This document shows, piece by piece, positions 1-11,070 of a stretch of 64,000 nt of DNA. The stretch lies in contig JAYNIM010000008.1 of the NCBI GenBank assembly GCA_038109055.1, positions 30,866 to 94,865 on the forward strand. Reading direction: 5' to 3'. The notes below the pieces were generated by a model. That model worked only from the letters and a program-made list of their open reading frames with translations, was not told the origin of the DNA and made no database searches. This DNA is from a bacterium (GTDB lineage: Bacteria > Margulisbacteria > Marinamargulisbacteria > GCA-2716485 > JAYNIM01). Numbering within the stretch: position 1 is the first letter of the stretch; every line of letters starts with the position of its first letter. Made by a program: the position numbers and the translations under genes.

Positions 1-2218
1 GATTCTGTACTTTAAATTCGGAGACACGGATGTTTTTACCATAGCCATATTTGGTGATAATAAGTAAGGTTAGTTTTTCTTCATTTGGGTCAATAATATC
101 CATAGAGACCATTTCGTCTTCAGCTTTGATACGTATCCCACGTACTCCACGAGAAACACGACCTAGAGGCCTAGACTGTGCTTCATCAAAGCGAATTACC
201 ATACCCGAACTTGTAACCATAATAATATCTTTCGAGCCATTAGTACGACGAACCCACTTTAAGGTATCTCCAGTATCCAAATTAATGGCCATAATAGGTT
301 TGTTTTTAAAATAAGAATAAGCGCTGATTTCCGTTTTTTTAATAATCCCTTTTTTAGTCCCCATTAAGAGATAATCTGTAGTATCAAAGTTATTAATAGG
401 CATGGCAGTGGTCAGTTGCTCATCATCTTCTAATTGGAAAAAATGAGAAATAGACAAGCCTTTACCTTGTCGAGAAGCCTCAGGGATTTGATAGACTTTG
501 AATTTAAATACCCGACCTTTAGTCGTAAAGCATAGCAAAAAGTCATGGGTATTTGTAACAAGAAATTGATCAATCACATCTTCATCACGGGTGGTCATAC
601 CAGAAACGCCACGACCACCTCTGCCTTGACTACGAAACGCATTGATATTCATGCGCTTAATAAACCCTTTTTTAGAAATAACCACCGCAACCTGTTCATT
701 TGGGATTAAATCTTCCATTTCCATCGTATGCACAGCCCCAATAATTTCTGTACGACGTTGATCACCAAACTTTTCTTTAATAGCGAGTTGTTCGTCTTTA
801 ATAATGCCATAGACTCTAGAAGGCGTTGCCAAAATATCCTCTAAGTCACGAATAGTTTCAAGAAGTTGCTGATATTCTTGTTCAATTTTGTCACGTTCTA
901 GGCCAGTTAAACGCTGTAAACGCATCTCCAATATAGCGGTCGACTGTTTTTCGCTTAAACCATATTGCGCCATCAACTCGGTACGCGCAACATCGGTATC
1001 TTTAGCGGCTTTAATAAGGGCAATAATCGCATCTATATTTTCTAATGCGATACGTAAACCTTCCAAAATATGCACACGCGCCTTAGCTTTCTTTAGATCA
1101 TACTGTGTACGACGAGTAATAACTTCTCTTCGATGTTCGATATAATGACTTAAACACTCTTTCAATGTGAGAGTTTTAGGAATACCCTTAACCAAGGCCA
1201 CAACATTAGCACCAAAGTTCAATTGTAATGATGTGTGTTTGAATAATTGATTTAAGACAACATCTTTATTGGCATCTCGTTTAAGTTCAATATAAATACG
1301 CAAGCCCTTACGGTCAGACTCATCACGAAGGTCAGCGATACCTGTGAGTTTTTTATCATTAACCAGATCAGCAATTTTAACGATCAAATTAGCTTTATTG
1401 ACTTGATAAGGAATTTCATGAACGATGATAGCGTCTTTTCCTTTTTTCTTAGAGGCTTCAAAAGAAACTTTAGCTCGCATGGTGATACTACCTTTTCCAG
1501 TGAGGTAGGCTTTTTTGATACCTTCTGACCCACAAATTATGGCTCCTGTTGGAAAATCAGGACCTTTAACATAAGTTAATAGGTCTTCTGGCGGCAAATC
1601 AGGATTATCAATAAGTGCACAAATACCATCCGTTAACTCAGATAGGTTATGGGGAGGGATGTTTGTTGCCATACCAACAGCAATGCCCGCTGTACCATTA
1701 AGTAATAAATTTGGTAAACGAGTAGGTAGAACCGTAGGTTCTTGCAACGATTCATCAAAGTTTGGGGCAAAATCAACAGTTTCTTTTTCTAAATCGTCCA
1801 ATAAAGGCATGCTAATTTTAGACATACGTGCCTCGGTATAACGCATGGCAGCGGCATTATCCCCATCAATGGAGCCATAGTTGCCCTGTCCATCAACAAG
1901 CGGGTAACGCAGCGAAAAATCTTGTGCCATACGAACCAATGAATCATAAACAGCCGTATCACCATGCGGGTGATAACGCCCCAAAACATCCCCAACAATA
2001 CGCGCACACTTTTTATAAGGACGACCAGCCATAAAGCCTGAATTATGCATCGAAAATAAAATACGTCGATGAACAGGTTTTAATCCATCACGCACATCAG
2101 GCAAGGCACGACCGACGATGACAGACATCGCATACTCAAGGTAAGAGGTTTTCATTTCATCATAAATATTGATTTTTTCGATATCTTCCTCAAATAGGCT
2201 AGTCGCTTCGTCGCTCAT
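1..2218 (-). CDS. gyrA: DNA gyrase subunit A (3' end truncated by window edge)
   Basis: Hand translation from ATG 2218 (GGAGA SD upstream): MSDEATSLF...[32 protein letters not shown], with YHPHGD, AAMRYTE and a GyrA-box-like QGRGGRG. It lies directly downstream of gyrB and is absent from the ORF track because it runs off the window. Confidence 0.97.
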   Translation of the reverse strand, partial: MSDEATSLFEEDIEKINIYDEMKTSYLEYAMSVIVGRALPDVRDGLKPVHRRILFSMHNSGFMAGRPYKKCARIVGDVLGRYHPHGDTAVYDSLVRMAQDFSLRYPLVDGQGNYGSIDGDNAAAMRYTEARMSKISMPLLDDLEKETVDFAPNFDESLQEPTVLPTRLPNLLLNGTAGIAVGMATNIPPHNLSELTDGICALIDNPDLPPEDLLTYVKGPDFPTGAIICGSEGIKKAYLTGKGSITMRAKVSFEASKKKGKDAIIVHEIPYQVNKANLIVKIADLVNDKKLTGIADLRDESDRKGLRIYIELKRDANKDVVLNQLFKHTSLQLNFGANVVALVKGIPKTLTLKECLSHYIEHRREVITRRTQYDLKKAKARVHILEGLRIALENIDAIIALIKAAKDTDVARTELMAQYGLSEKQSTAILEMRLQRLTGLERDKIEQEYQQLLETIRDLEDILATPSRVYGIIKDEQLAIKEKFGDQRRTEIIGAVHTMEMEDLIPNEQVAVVISKKGFIKRMNINAFRSQGRGGRGVSGMTTRDEDVIDQFLVTNTHDFLLCFTTKGRVFKFKVYQIPEASRQGKGLSISHFFQLEDDEQLTTAMPINNFDTTDYLLMGTKKGIIKKTEISAYSYFKNKPIMAINLDTGDTLKWVRRTNGSKDIIMVTSSGMVIRFDEAQSRPLGRVSRGVRGIRIKAEDEMVSMDIIDPNEEKLTLLIITKYGYGKNIRVSEFKVQN

Positions 2219-2227
2219 TCGGTCTCC

Positions 2228-4192
2228 TTATACATCAATCCAACGCACATCTTTGGCGTATTTTTCAATAAACGCTTTTCTAGGGTCAACATCAGATCCC
2301 ATTAATATCGAAAAGATTTCATCTGCCTGTTGGGCATCAGCTAAATCAACCTGAAGCATGCTGCGCTTATCAGGATCCATGGTAGTTTCCCAAAGTTGAT
2401 CTGGGTTCATTTCACCCAAGCCTTTATAACGTTGTAAAATGACTTTATCCTTTCCGATTTCGGCAAGTTTTTCTTCTAATTCTGTATCATTATACACATA
2501 GTGGCGAGCAGCGCCTTTTTTAATTAAATACAAAGGCGGTTGTGCAATGTACAATGCACCAGCCTCTATAATTTCACGGGCATGTCTAAAAAATAAGGTC
2601 AACAACAAGGTTCGGATATGAGCGCCATCGACATCCGCATCCGTCATAATAACAATTTTGTGATAGCGAAGCCGACTAAGCACATCAAAGGCTTCTTTTG
2701 TATCATCTGATTCTTCTTTTTCGTCATTGCTATTCATTAAGCCGGACACAGCCGACGGTCCAATAGCCGTAATTAGGGTCCGAATTTCTTCATTCGCTAG
2801 AATTTTATCCATACGAGCTTTTTCAACGTTTAAAACTTTACCGCGCAAGGGCAAAATAGCTTGAAAATTACGGTCACGCCCCTGCTTAGCAGAGCCACCA
2901 GCAGAATCACCCTCAACAATGTAGACTTCACAATTTGCAGGGTTGCTATCCGAACAATCAGCCAACTTTCCAGGTAGGGTAGTGCTTTCAAGACTTGATT
3001 TGCGTCTGACCAGATCTTGAGCTTTACGGGTTGCTTCACGTACACGCTGAGCGATCAATGCTTTATTAACAATCGCCTTGCCCACCTTTGGATGAGTTTC
3101 TAAATAGTCTCCCAGTCCTTGATCTATCAAGGAGTCAACCAGACCCTTAACTTCAGCATTGCCTAATTTTGTTTTAGTTTGACCTTCAAATTGAGGATCT
3201 CTTAATTTGATACTAATGACAGCAGTTAAGCCTTCGCGTAAGTCAGCGCCCGATAAATTACTTTGATTCCCTTTGATAAGGTCATATTTTTTGGAAAAAC
3301 TGTTAACCACTCTTGTCAAAGCCGAACGAAATCCAGAAACATGTGTGCCCCCTTCTTTTGTGCGAATATTATTGGCAAAGGAATATACATTTTCGTCATA
3401 ATGATCCGAGACATACTGTAAGGCAACTTCAACTTCGTAGGTGTCACGGGTCTTTTTTAGATATATTGCCGGTGAAAACAAGGCTTCTTTATGCTCGTTC
3501 ATCTGCTCTACATACGACTGGATACCTCCATCAAAACGATAGGTTTGCGTGTAAGGCTCTTCACCACGTAGATCATGAAAATGTATAACAACCCCACGGT
3601 TTAAAAAGGCCAGTTCTTTCAAACGATGGTCAATAACATCTTTCGTAAATTCAATATCATCAAAAATCTGAGTGTCAGGTAAAAACCGCACTTTAGTTCC
3701 AGTGCCATCTATAGAAGGCGGCAAAAAGTCACCGACTGCTTTTTTTGGAGTACCTCGAAAATATGTTTGTTTGTAACATTTGTTATCTCGATGAACCTCA
3801 ACTTCAACCCATTCAGATAAGGCATTAACAACAGAAATTCCAACGCCATGCAATCCGCCTGAAACCTTGTATCCTTCTCCTTCAAATTTACCCCCAGCAT
3901 GTAAGGTCGTCATAACGACCTCAACAGCAGGGATGCCTTTTTCTTTATGTATATCCGTAGGAATGCCCCGGCCATTATCACTTACACTACAAATATTGCC
4001 AGGCTCTAAGGTGACATGAACGTCCGTACAGTATCCAGCCATCGCTTCATCAATGCTATTATCAACAACTTCAAAGATAAGATGGTTAAGCCCCGATTTT
4101 CCTGTAGAGCCAATGTACATGCCGGGACGCTTACGAACGGCTTCTAATCCCTCTAATACCTTAATATGATCGGCTTTATATTCGTTAGTCAT
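2228..4192 (-). CDS. gyrB: DNA gyrase subunit B
   Basis: LEAVRKRPGMYIG, EVVDNSIDE, SGGLHGVG, EGDSAGG, PLRGK, MTDADVDGAHI and RYKGLGEM motifs. Confidence 0.98.
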   Translation of the reverse strand: MTNEYKADHIKVLEGLEAVRKRPGMYIGSTGKSGLNHLIFEVVDNSIDEAMAGYCTDVHVTLEPGNICSVSDNGRGIPTDIHKEKGIPAVEVVMTTLHAGGKFEGEGYKVSGGLHGVGISVVNALSEWVEVEVHRDNKCYKQTYFRGTPKKAVGDFLPPSIDGTGTKVRFLPDTQIFDDIEFTKDVIDHRLKELAFLNRGVVIHFHDLRGEEPYTQTYRFDGGIQSYVEQMNEHKEALFSPAIYLKKTRDTYEVEVALQYVSDHYDENVYSFANNIRTKEGGTHVSGFRSALTRVVNSFSKKYDLIKGNQSNLSGADLREGLTAVISIKLRDPQFEGQTKTKLGNAEVKGLVDSLIDQGLGDYLETHPKVGKAIVNKALIAQRVREATRKAQDLVRRKSSLESTTLPGKLADCSDSNPANCEVYIVEGDSAGGSAKQGRDRNFQAILPLRGKVLNVEKARMDKILANEEIRTLITAIGPSAVSGLMNSNDEKEESDDTKEAFDVLSRLRYHKIVIMTDADVDGAHIRTLLLTLFFRHAREIIEAGALYIAQPPLYLIKKGAARHYVYNDTELEEKLAEIGKDKVILQRYKGLGEMNPDQLWETTMDPDKRSMLQVDLADAQQADEIFSILMGSDVDPRKAFIEKYAKDVRWIDV

Positions 4193-4303
4193 ATAATTTT
4201 TTTTTATTCATTTAAAAGTCTAGCATAGCACAAAGCTAAAATAATGCATAGACGATATAAGAAATAAAGCGACATGTATGGCATCATTGATAAGCAAGCA
4301 GGG

Positions 4304-4519
4304 CTAAATTGAGGGGGCACCGCCACCTACAAAATGCACAATTTCCAAAACATCGCCATCCTTCACAGAAAGGGATTTGAACATGTTTTTTTGATGCCAG
4401 GTTCCATTAAGTTCAACGGATACCTGCAGCGGATTCAGATTGAAATGGGTTAAAACAGAATGGACAGAGGTCTGCTCTAAAGAAAGTGTATGAGAATGGC
4501 CATTAATAACAAGCTTCAT
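4304..4519 (-). CDS. thiS: ThiS/MoaD-family sulfur carrier protein with a C-terminal extension
   Basis: 71 aa with VELNG and DGDVLEIVHFVGGG; ends GGGAPSI. Confidence 0.85.
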   Translation of the reverse strand: MKLVINGHSHTLSLEQTSVHSVLTHFNLNPLQVSVELNGTWHQKNMFKSLSVKDGDVLEIVHFVGGGAPSI

Positions 4520-5127
4520 CGAAGAATACGCATGTGTTTAAAGGGCCAAAACGTGTACCAAGCTTTACCAACAAGATCATCTTCTGGAACAAAGCCCCAA
4601 ACACGAGAATCGGCAGAATGAGCACGGTTATCACCTAAGACAAAATAATGCCCATCAGGAACTTCAACGGGGCCATAATAGCTGTAATCCCTTTTTACCA
4701 GAACACCTGGCAAAATCAATTGCTTGCCGTTAATAAAAACTATCCCTTTTTCCAACATGACAGTTTCCCCAGGTAGGCCAATACAGCGCTTTACATATTC
4801 CTTTTTATCTTTATAGGGGGATTTAAATACCACAATATCACCACGATTAGGGGACGACCAATAGTAGGGGAGTTTATTAACAAAGAGCCGGTCTCGTATC
4901 TGTAGCGTAGGAATCATAGACCCCGTGGGAATTAACGATGTTTGGATGGCAACTGCACGAATAAATAATGCGGCAACCAAGGCAACCAAGAGAGCTTCAG
5001 CTAAGTCGAACAGATGATAAACAGCCTTTCTTTTTGTTTTTAGGCTATTTTTATAATGTTTCCAACGATGTATATTTTTTCGAATAAGTGCTATCATAAC
5101 GATGAAATTTTTAATATAAACTAGCAT
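4516..5127 (-). CDS. lepB: Signal peptidase I (start may be the ATG at 5097)
   Basis: One TM segment, then GSMIPTL (Ser), RGDIVVF, VKRCIG (Lys), GDNRAHSADSRVWG. Confidence 0.95.
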   Translation of the reverse strand: MLVYIKNFIVMIALIRKNIHRWKHYKNSLKTKRKAVYHLFDLAEALLVALVAALFIRAVAIQTSLIPTGSMIPTLQIRDRLFVNKLPYYWSSPNRGDIVVFKSPYKDKKEYVKRCIGLPGETVMLEKGIVFINGKQLILPGVLVKRDYSYYGPVEVPDGHYFVLGDNRAHSADSRVWGFVPEDDLVGKAWYTFWPFKHMRILR

Positions 5128-5147
5128 GTTTACACAAGTTCGTCGAA

Positions 5148-6428
5148 ATGATTTCTAAACTTTGCATATTTGAAGATCAAAAATATCAAGACCTTGCCCC
5201 ATTAAATTTTGTAAGGGCCTGTTATGATTTACGCACAGGCTTTGATACATTATTTGATAAAATAAAAGCCCCTTTTCCAGATGCAACCTTAAGTTGTTTT
5301 TGTCGGCCAGAAATTCAAGCCTTTGTAGCGAAAGAACATCCGAATACCTTTATTAATAAATTGAATAAAGGGAGTGATTGTTTATTTATAAATGGACGCA
5401 TTTTAATGGATTCTATCCTTGAAGAGTCTATCAAAAATATTGATACCAGCCAAAATGCATTACTCACATATCAAGGCCAGGTTATAGCTGTATTTGCAAG
5501 AGGCGATGAGTTGGAATTCATGGAGATGGCCTTAAAGAGCCCCATTGTGTCATCTGAAATCATTGCTCACTTTAGGAAAAAGGCAATATGCAAAGAATTG
5601 TCTCACTGCAGATTAATTCAATGGCCCTGGGACCTCATTTATTTTAATGCCCAAACAATCGGAAATGATTTTAAACGCTATAATCAACCAGGCATTATCA
5701 AAGGAAAAGTATGCCCTTTTACAGCGATTTATAACGAAAATCAAGTATTTATAGACCAGGATGCCTATGTGGAAGATTTTGTTGTGCTAGATGCAAGAAA
5801 AGGCCCTATTTTCATCTGCAAAGGGGCGCAGATATTAGCTCATACCCGGATTGAAGGGCCTGCATATATAGGTAATAATACCCACGTCATAGCCGGACAA
5901 ATCACAGCAAGTAGTATTGGGCCTGATTGCAAAATTGCCGGGGAAGTCAGCCATTGTGTATTTCAACGTTTTTCTAACAAAGCCCATAATGGCTTTCTTG
6001 GGCATTCATTTGTTGGAGAATGGGTTAATTTAGGGGCAAATACATGTACGTCAAATTTAAAGGCAAATTACAAAAATATAAAAGTGACGAAGGAGCTAAA
6101 AGAAACAAACACAGGGCTACAATTTTTAGGGGCTATTATAGCAGACCATGTAAAGACAAGTATTAACACAATGCTAAATACAGGCAGCATGATCAGTTTT
6201 GCTGCAACGCTTTTAGATACAGGTTTTCATAGCAAATATGTGGCGCCTTTTTCCTGGGGAAAAGCGAACAACTACGAATTAATTAAACTAAACTCTTTCT
6301 TAGAAACTGCATCATTAATGATGCAACGTCGGGGAGAGACTTTAAGCGAAGCCCAAAGTGACTGTCTATCTAAACTTCATGAAGAAGCTAAGAACAAATT
6401 AACATATAAGCATGTATTAAAAGCATGA
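5148..6428 (+). CDS. GlmU-related sugar nucleotidyltransferase/hexapeptide acetyltransferase family protein
   Basis: N-terminal LAPLNFVRACYDLRTG and a C-terminal left-handed beta-helix with NKAHNGFLGHSFVGEWVNLGANT. Confidence 0.75.
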   Translation: MISKLCIFEDQKYQDLAPLNFVRACYDLRTGFDTLFDKIKAPFPDATLSCFCRPEIQAFVAKEHPNTFINKLNKGSDCLFINGRILMDSILEESIKNIDTSQNALLTYQGQVIAVFARGDELEFMEMALKSPIVSSEIIAHFRKKAICKELSHCRLIQWPWDLIYFNAQTIGNDFKRYNQPGIIKGKVCPFTAIYNENQVFIDQDAYVEDFVVLDARKGPIFICKGAQILAHTRIEGPAYIGNNTHVIAGQITASSIGPDCKIAGEVSHCVFQRFSNKAHNGFLGHSFVGEWVNLGANTCTSNLKANYKNIKVTKELKETNTGLQFLGAIIADHVKTSINTMLNTGSMISFAATLLDTGFHSKYVAPFSWGKANNYELIKLNSFLETASLMMQRRGETLSEAQSDCLSKLHEEAKNKLTYKHVLKA

Positions 6429-7966
6429 GCCTCTTTGCTACCTTACAACAAAGCAGATTCCAGGAACAATTAAAAAAATACAACACTCAGAAAGCAAAAC
6501 TTTGTCATCTATTAACGCCACAAAGGTTAAGTAAATATGTCATCTATAATCGTTACCTGGCATATTATTATGCCACGAATCAGATAGAGACAGAGAGTCT
6601 ACAATTATTTCAAGAAATCACAGATGAATTACAGGTAATCCCCCGCTACCAGGCCTTGCTCTCAGGACAACGCAGTAACATCAGTGAAAATCGTCAGGTA
6701 AATCATCACAAAACCCGATCACAAGACCGAGGGTTTTACGGCGAACAACAAGCACGAATAGCCGATTTTGCAAAAAAAGTTCATCAAGGAAAGATCCACG
6801 CCCCGTCTGGAAAGCCATTTAAGCATCTTATCTTAATAGGGATTGGCGGCTCGTATTTATCTGTCGAAGCTTTTTATGAAGCCTTAAACGTCTATGCGGT
6901 TGCAACAGACTTACACTGTAAACTAACCATAGATTTTGTGGCCAATATTGATCCCTTGGATCTCGCAGTAAAATTACAAGAGCGCCCTTTTGATCAAACA
7001 TTGTTTCTGGTAATTTCTAAGAGTGGAAGTACGCAGGAAATTGCCGAAAATATCACCGCCTTAGAAACAGCAGCCCAAAAACAAAACATCGATCAAGAGA
7101 CCTTAGCAGAACAATCAATATGTGTCACCTGTGAAGGAAGCCCACTTGATAATCCTGCCCGATTTTGCCAACGATTTTACATAGATGATGCGATTGGTGG
7201 CCGGTATTCGCTGACCTCAGCTGTAGGGATATTGCCCTTAAGCTTACGTTTTGGTAGTAGCTGTGTCGAGGCCATATTAACAGGTGCCTTTAGTATGGAT
7301 AAGGCAGCTAAAAATCCTGATATTACGCAAAATATGGCGCTTTTAGATGCCTTTATTGGGATATGGGAACATAGTTTTTTAGGGTATCAAAGTAAAGCCA
7401 TTATTCCTTACAGTACGGCATTACATCGATTTCCGGCACATTTACAACAACTCATATGTGAAAGCAATGGCAAGTCTGTCTTAGCGACAAGCGAAGCTTT
7501 AGCCTACACAGGGAGCCCTCTCATTTTTGGTGAGCCCGGTACCCAAGCTCAGCATTCATTTTTTCAACAGCTGCATCAAGGGAAGGAGATTGTCCCTATT
7601 CAATTTATCGGCTTTAAAGAAACACTTTTGGAAACAAGCGCTGCCAAAGAGGCTCATCAAAAATTAAACACCAACATGTTAGCGCAAATGATGGCCTTAG
7701 CCTTAGGAAAGGAAAGTGAGGACCCCAATCAGCATTTTCCGGGAAATAGACCTAGTACCCTCCTGCTAGGACGCACACTAAGTCCAGAAGCCTTGGGCGC
7801 CATGTTAGCCTTTTATGAAAACAAAACCATGTTCGAAGGGTTTTTACTCGGCATAAACAGTTTTGATCAGCCAGGCGTCCAATTAGGCAAGAAATTATGC
7901 CAACGATTTTTAGAGGAGGAAGACTTAAATCCTTTAGAAAAAGGCTTTTGTAACCTGCTTGAGTAG
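6425..7966 (+). CDS. pgi: Glucose-6-phosphate isomerase
   Basis: GIGGSYL, SKSGSTQE, IGGRYS, QQLICESNGK, QHSFFQQLHQG and NSFDQPGVQLGK. Confidence 0.96.
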   Translation: MSLFATLQQSRFQEQLKKYNTQKAKLCHLLTPQRLSKYVIYNRYLAYYYATNQIETESLQLFQEITDELQVIPRYQALLSGQRSNISENRQVNHHKTRSQDRGFYGEQQARIADFAKKVHQGKIHAPSGKPFKHLILIGIGGSYLSVEAFYEALNVYAVATDLHCKLTIDFVANIDPLDLAVKLQERPFDQTLFLVISKSGSTQEIAENITALETAAQKQNIDQETLAEQSICVTCEGSPLDNPARFCQRFYIDDAIGGRYSLTSAVGILPLSLRFGSSCVEAILTGAFSMDKAAKNPDITQNMALLDAFIGIWEHSFLGYQSKAIIPYSTALHRFPAHLQQLICESNGKSVLATSEALAYTGSPLIFGEPGTQAQHSFFQQLHQGKEIVPIQFIGFKETLLETSAAKEAHQKLNTNMLAQMMALALGKESEDPNQHFPGNRPSTLLLGRTLSPEALGAMLAFYENKTMFEGFLLGINSFDQPGVQLGKKLCQRFLEEEDLNPLEKGFCNLLE

Positions 7967-8138
7967 TTGCAAAGCAGAACCTCTGTTATCAGGACACTAA
8001 GACGGATAACAGACAAGCCTAAGGAACAAGGTGGAAATGATATAAATATACCTATGAAGAATAGGTAAGTCAGCCAAGATCTAAAAACAAATAAAGTAGA
8101 GAATAAATTAGCATGAGAACATGCGGTGAAAGAATCAC

Positions 8139-8225
8139 TGGTGGAGGGAGCTGGATTCGAACCAACGTAGAGATAAACTCGGCAGATTTACAGTCTGCTG
8201 CGATTGACCGCTCCGCCATCCCTCC
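8139..8225 (-). tRNA. tRNA-Tyr (GTA), CCA encoded
   Basis: Reverse complement folds as a cloverleaf: acceptor GGAGGGA/TCCCTCC-A-CCA, anticodon arm GCAGA-CTGTAAA-TCTGC, long variable arm, T arm GTTGG-TTCGAAT-CCAGC. Confidence 0.97.
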
Positions 8226-8258
8226 AAAGAGATGGTGCATCAAAAATGCACTGATACA

Positions 8259-8287
8259 AGCCTACGAATCTTCCAGAAAACTGTCAA
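8259..8287 (-). promoter_or_regulatory. Putative sigma70 promoter of tRNA-Tyr
   Basis: TTGACA-N17-TAGGCT ending 33 nt upstream of the tRNA 5' end. Confidence 0.65.
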
Positions 8288-8330
8288 TATTCCGACCTAT
8301 AAAAATTAAAAAGAACAGTAATGAAACGAC

Positions 8331-9101
8331 TTAAGTCTTAATTCGAATTCCTTTTGCCAACATCCAATAGCAAAGACCGAACATCACACAGACCATGACC
8401 GAGAGCGTAAACAAGGCAGGGCGAACAGGAATATCACTAATCCCTAAAAAGGCATAACGAAGCAGGTTGACCAAATATAAAATAGGGTTAAATAAAGATA
8501 ATTTTTGCCAAAAAGGAGGCAGCATCGAAATAGAATAAAAGACACCTCCTAAATACGTGAACGGCGTTAAGACAAAGCTGGGGATCAGCGCAATATCGTC
8601 AAAGCGATTGGCAAAAATCCCAGTAAAAAGCCCAAAAAGAGAAAAGAGTAAGGCTGTTAAGCTGATACAAAGAATCATTAAGCTAAAATCATAGATAGCA
8701 AGGGGGACAAATAGTAGGGAAACTGTTGTAACAAGCGTGGCGACTAATATGCCACGGACAAACCCCCCACTCACATAGCCCAAAAGGATGATCAGGGGAT
8801 GTAAGGGTGCAACCAAAAGCTCTTCGATACTTTTTTGGAATTTAGAGGTAAAAAAAGTGGAAGCAACATTGCTAAACGAATTCGATACAATGGCCAGCAT
8901 AATCAAACCAGGCAAGAGAAAGGCCATATATGAAACCTCCATAAACGGCGCAATACGATCCCCAATAAAGCTACCAAAGATCAAGAAATACAAGGTAATA
9001 TTGACGACAGACGATAGCAGGGTCTGTGTCCAAATACGAAAAATACGGACGATTTCTTTTTTCATTAAGGTAAACAAGCCACACAATTGTATCTGAATCA
9101 T
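8331..9101 (-). CDS. ABC-2 type transporter permease (YadH-like)
   Basis: KEIVRIFRIWTQTL, multiple TM helices, PFTYLGGVFYSI; overlaps the ATPase stop (ATGA). Confidence 0.9.
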   Translation of the reverse strand: MIQIQLCGLFTLMKKEIVRIFRIWTQTLLSSVVNITLYFLIFGSFIGDRIAPFMEVSYMAFLLPGLIMLAIVSNSFSNVASTFFTSKFQKSIEELLVAPLHPLIILLGYVSGGFVRGILVATLVTTVSLLFVPLAIYDFSLMILCISLTALLFSLFGLFTGIFANRFDDIALIPSFVLTPFTYLGGVFYSISMLPPFWQKLSLFNPILYLVNLLRYAFLGISDIPVRPALFTLSVMVCVMFGLCYWMLAKGIRIKT

Positions 9102-10057
9102 GGGGTCACCAAATTTAAAAAGAGTTCCTCGAGACGATTTGCGGTGTTTTGAGTACGAATAACCCGAATATTTTGCTGGTTTAAGGCCAAAATAAGATCA
9201 CCTAAAGCTTGCCCACGTCCCAAACGAACTTTGAGTTGCTGATTAGACACAATACTAATGTCAAAGTCGGGAAGAACCGGTGATGGATCAAAGGGCTGAC
9301 AAAAAAGGAGTAATGTTTCTTGTTTTAAACTGTCTAGTAAGGTAGTTGTCGGGCCAGTTTCAAGTACTTCTCCTTTATCCATAATCGCGAGATGTTTACA
9401 AAGTTTTTCAGCTTCTTCAAGGTAGTGGGTGGTTAAAATAATACTTAAGCCTTGCTCGTTTAACTCTTGCAAGAACTCCCATAATAAATGTCGAATAGAG
9501 ATATCGACACCAGCTGTAGGTTCATCCAAGATAAGCAATTTAGGGGCAACCACCAAGGCCCGTACTATCATCAAACGACGCTTGAGGCCACCAGACAAGG
9601 TGCCTGCAGGCTGATTGCGTTTGTCCCACAAACCAAGTTTTTTTAAATAAATATTGGCCCGTTCTTTAGCCAGGCCCTGAGGAACCCCATAATAACCCGC
9701 ATGATTACAAATTATCTGCATACAGGGCTCGAAAATACTAAAATTAAATTCTTGAGGAACCACTCCCAAAAAACGACGAGCAGCCAAAGGCTCTGTATCT
9801 ACATCAATACCAAAGGTACGAACAGTCCCTGCACTTTTCGTGATCAACCCACATAAAATACCAATCAGGGTTGATTTTCCAGCACCATTAGGCCCCAATA
9901 AACCAAAAAAACTACCTTGCTCAATCGTTAAATCAATTTTGCTAAGGGCCACAGTGCGATTTTGGTAGATCTTATGCAGGCCCTGAATATCAACCGCAAT
10001 AGGGGGGGCGGTTGTCATAGTTGATGAGGGGGGAAACAACGGTTTGTAAAACGACAC
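9098..10057 (-). CDS. ABC transporter ATP-binding protein (YadG-like); start may be the ATG at 10018
   Basis: GPNGAGKST, LSGGLKRR, LILDEPTAGVD and TTHYLEEAE. Confidence 0.92.
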   Translation of the reverse strand: MSFYKPLFPPSSTMTTAPPIAVDIQGLHKIYQNRTVALSKIDLTIEQGSFFGLLGPNGAGKSTLIGILCGLITKSAGTVRTFGIDVDTEPLAARRFLGVVPQEFNFSIFEPCMQIICNHAGYYGVPQGLAKERANIYLKKLGLWDKRNQPAGTLSGGLKRRLMIVRALVVAPKLLILDEPTAGVDISIRHLLWEFLQELNEQGLSIILTTHYLEEAEKLCKHLAIMDKGEVLETGPTTTLLDSLKQETLLLFCQPFDPSPVLPDFDISIVSNQQLKVRLGRGQALGDLILALNQQNIRVIRTQNTANRLEELFLNLVTP

Positions 10058-10107
10058 ATATACTTTTATCCTTTAAATTAAACTAAAGAGTAAGGTAAAG
10101 TAGAAAG

Positions 10108-11070
10108 ATGGGCAAGTTTTTTATCATTTACGGAGACGAACCTTTTTTTATTGAGCAAGAGGTTCAAGCAGTAAAGTCGGCGTATAGCTCTGAACAAGTA
10201 GAGGTCATGGAATCACAGGTGCCCTTATCACACTTATACCAAAATGTGGCCTCAGACAGCTTGTTTGGAGCCCGCAAATTAATTGTGATCAACAATCCTT
10301 GGTTTCTGTTAAAAAAAACAGAGGAAAAACAATTAACGATGCTGTGGGAAACCTTAGAAACACTCAAAACGGTGGACCACGCCTTGTTACTATATTGCAA
10401 TGGCAATATTGATCAGCGTCTCAAGCAGGTCAAAACTATCTGCAAATATGCAGACGTAAAAATCTGTAAGGGGTTTAAAGCCTGGGAACAAGGGAAACTA
10501 TTGGCATGGATCAAACAACAGTTACAAAAAGCTGGCAAACAGGTCACGCAGGAGGCCTTGCTGGCATTAGAACATACGGGAGGCGTTCATTTACAACATG
10601 TCGCAAAAGAGTGTGAAAAACTTTGCATATATGTGGGTGAAAAAGCAAAGATTGAACTTGCAGATGTACAAGCCGCTTGTTCAGGATCGGCGGCAACTGT
10701 GTTTAAATTCAACGAAGCATTTCAACAAGCAAATTACCAACAAAGCATGGAGTTGGTGCATAGCTTACTTGAACAAGGAGAAGATCCTGTTCGATTGATT
10801 GGGTTGATGGCCAGTAATTTTCGCTTTTATTTACACGCACTTAGCCTCATCAATGAAAAGAAATCTACTGCAGAGATTGCCAAAGAGTTACAAAAAAATA
10901 GCTACTATTTGCAAAAGGTACTTCCGGCAATCAAAAAAGGCTTTACAATCGAAACATTAAAACAATCGATCATTCACTTAGCAACGCTAGATTTTCAGAT
11001 TAAATCAGGCCAAATAGCCGCAAAACGAGCTGTTTATCTGGCCATTAGCGGACTTTCTGGTCCATCATGA
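10108..11070 (+). CDS. holA: DNA polymerase III delta subunit
   Basis: IIYGDEPFFI, SLFGARKLIVI, EKLCIY and DFQIKSG; 320 aa. Confidence 0.88.
   Translation: MGKFFIIYGDEPFFIEQEVQAVKSAYSSEQVEVMESQVPLSHLYQNVASDSLFGARKLIVINNPWFLLKKTEEKQLTMLWETLETLKTVDHALLLYCNGNIDQRLKQVKTICKYADVKICKGFKAWEQGKLLAWIKQQLQKAGKQVTQEALLALEHTGGVHLQHVAKECEKLCIYVGEKAKIELADVQAACSGSAATVFKFNEAFQQANYQQSMELVHSLLEQGEDPVRLIGLMASNFRFYLHALSLINEKKSTAEIAKELQKNSYYLQKVLPAIKKGFTIETLKQSIIHLATLDFQIKSGQIAAKRAVYLAISGLSGPS

Noticed and set aside
8113..8334. 73-aa ORF on the + strand
   Set aside because: It is antisense to tRNA-Tyr and its promoter.
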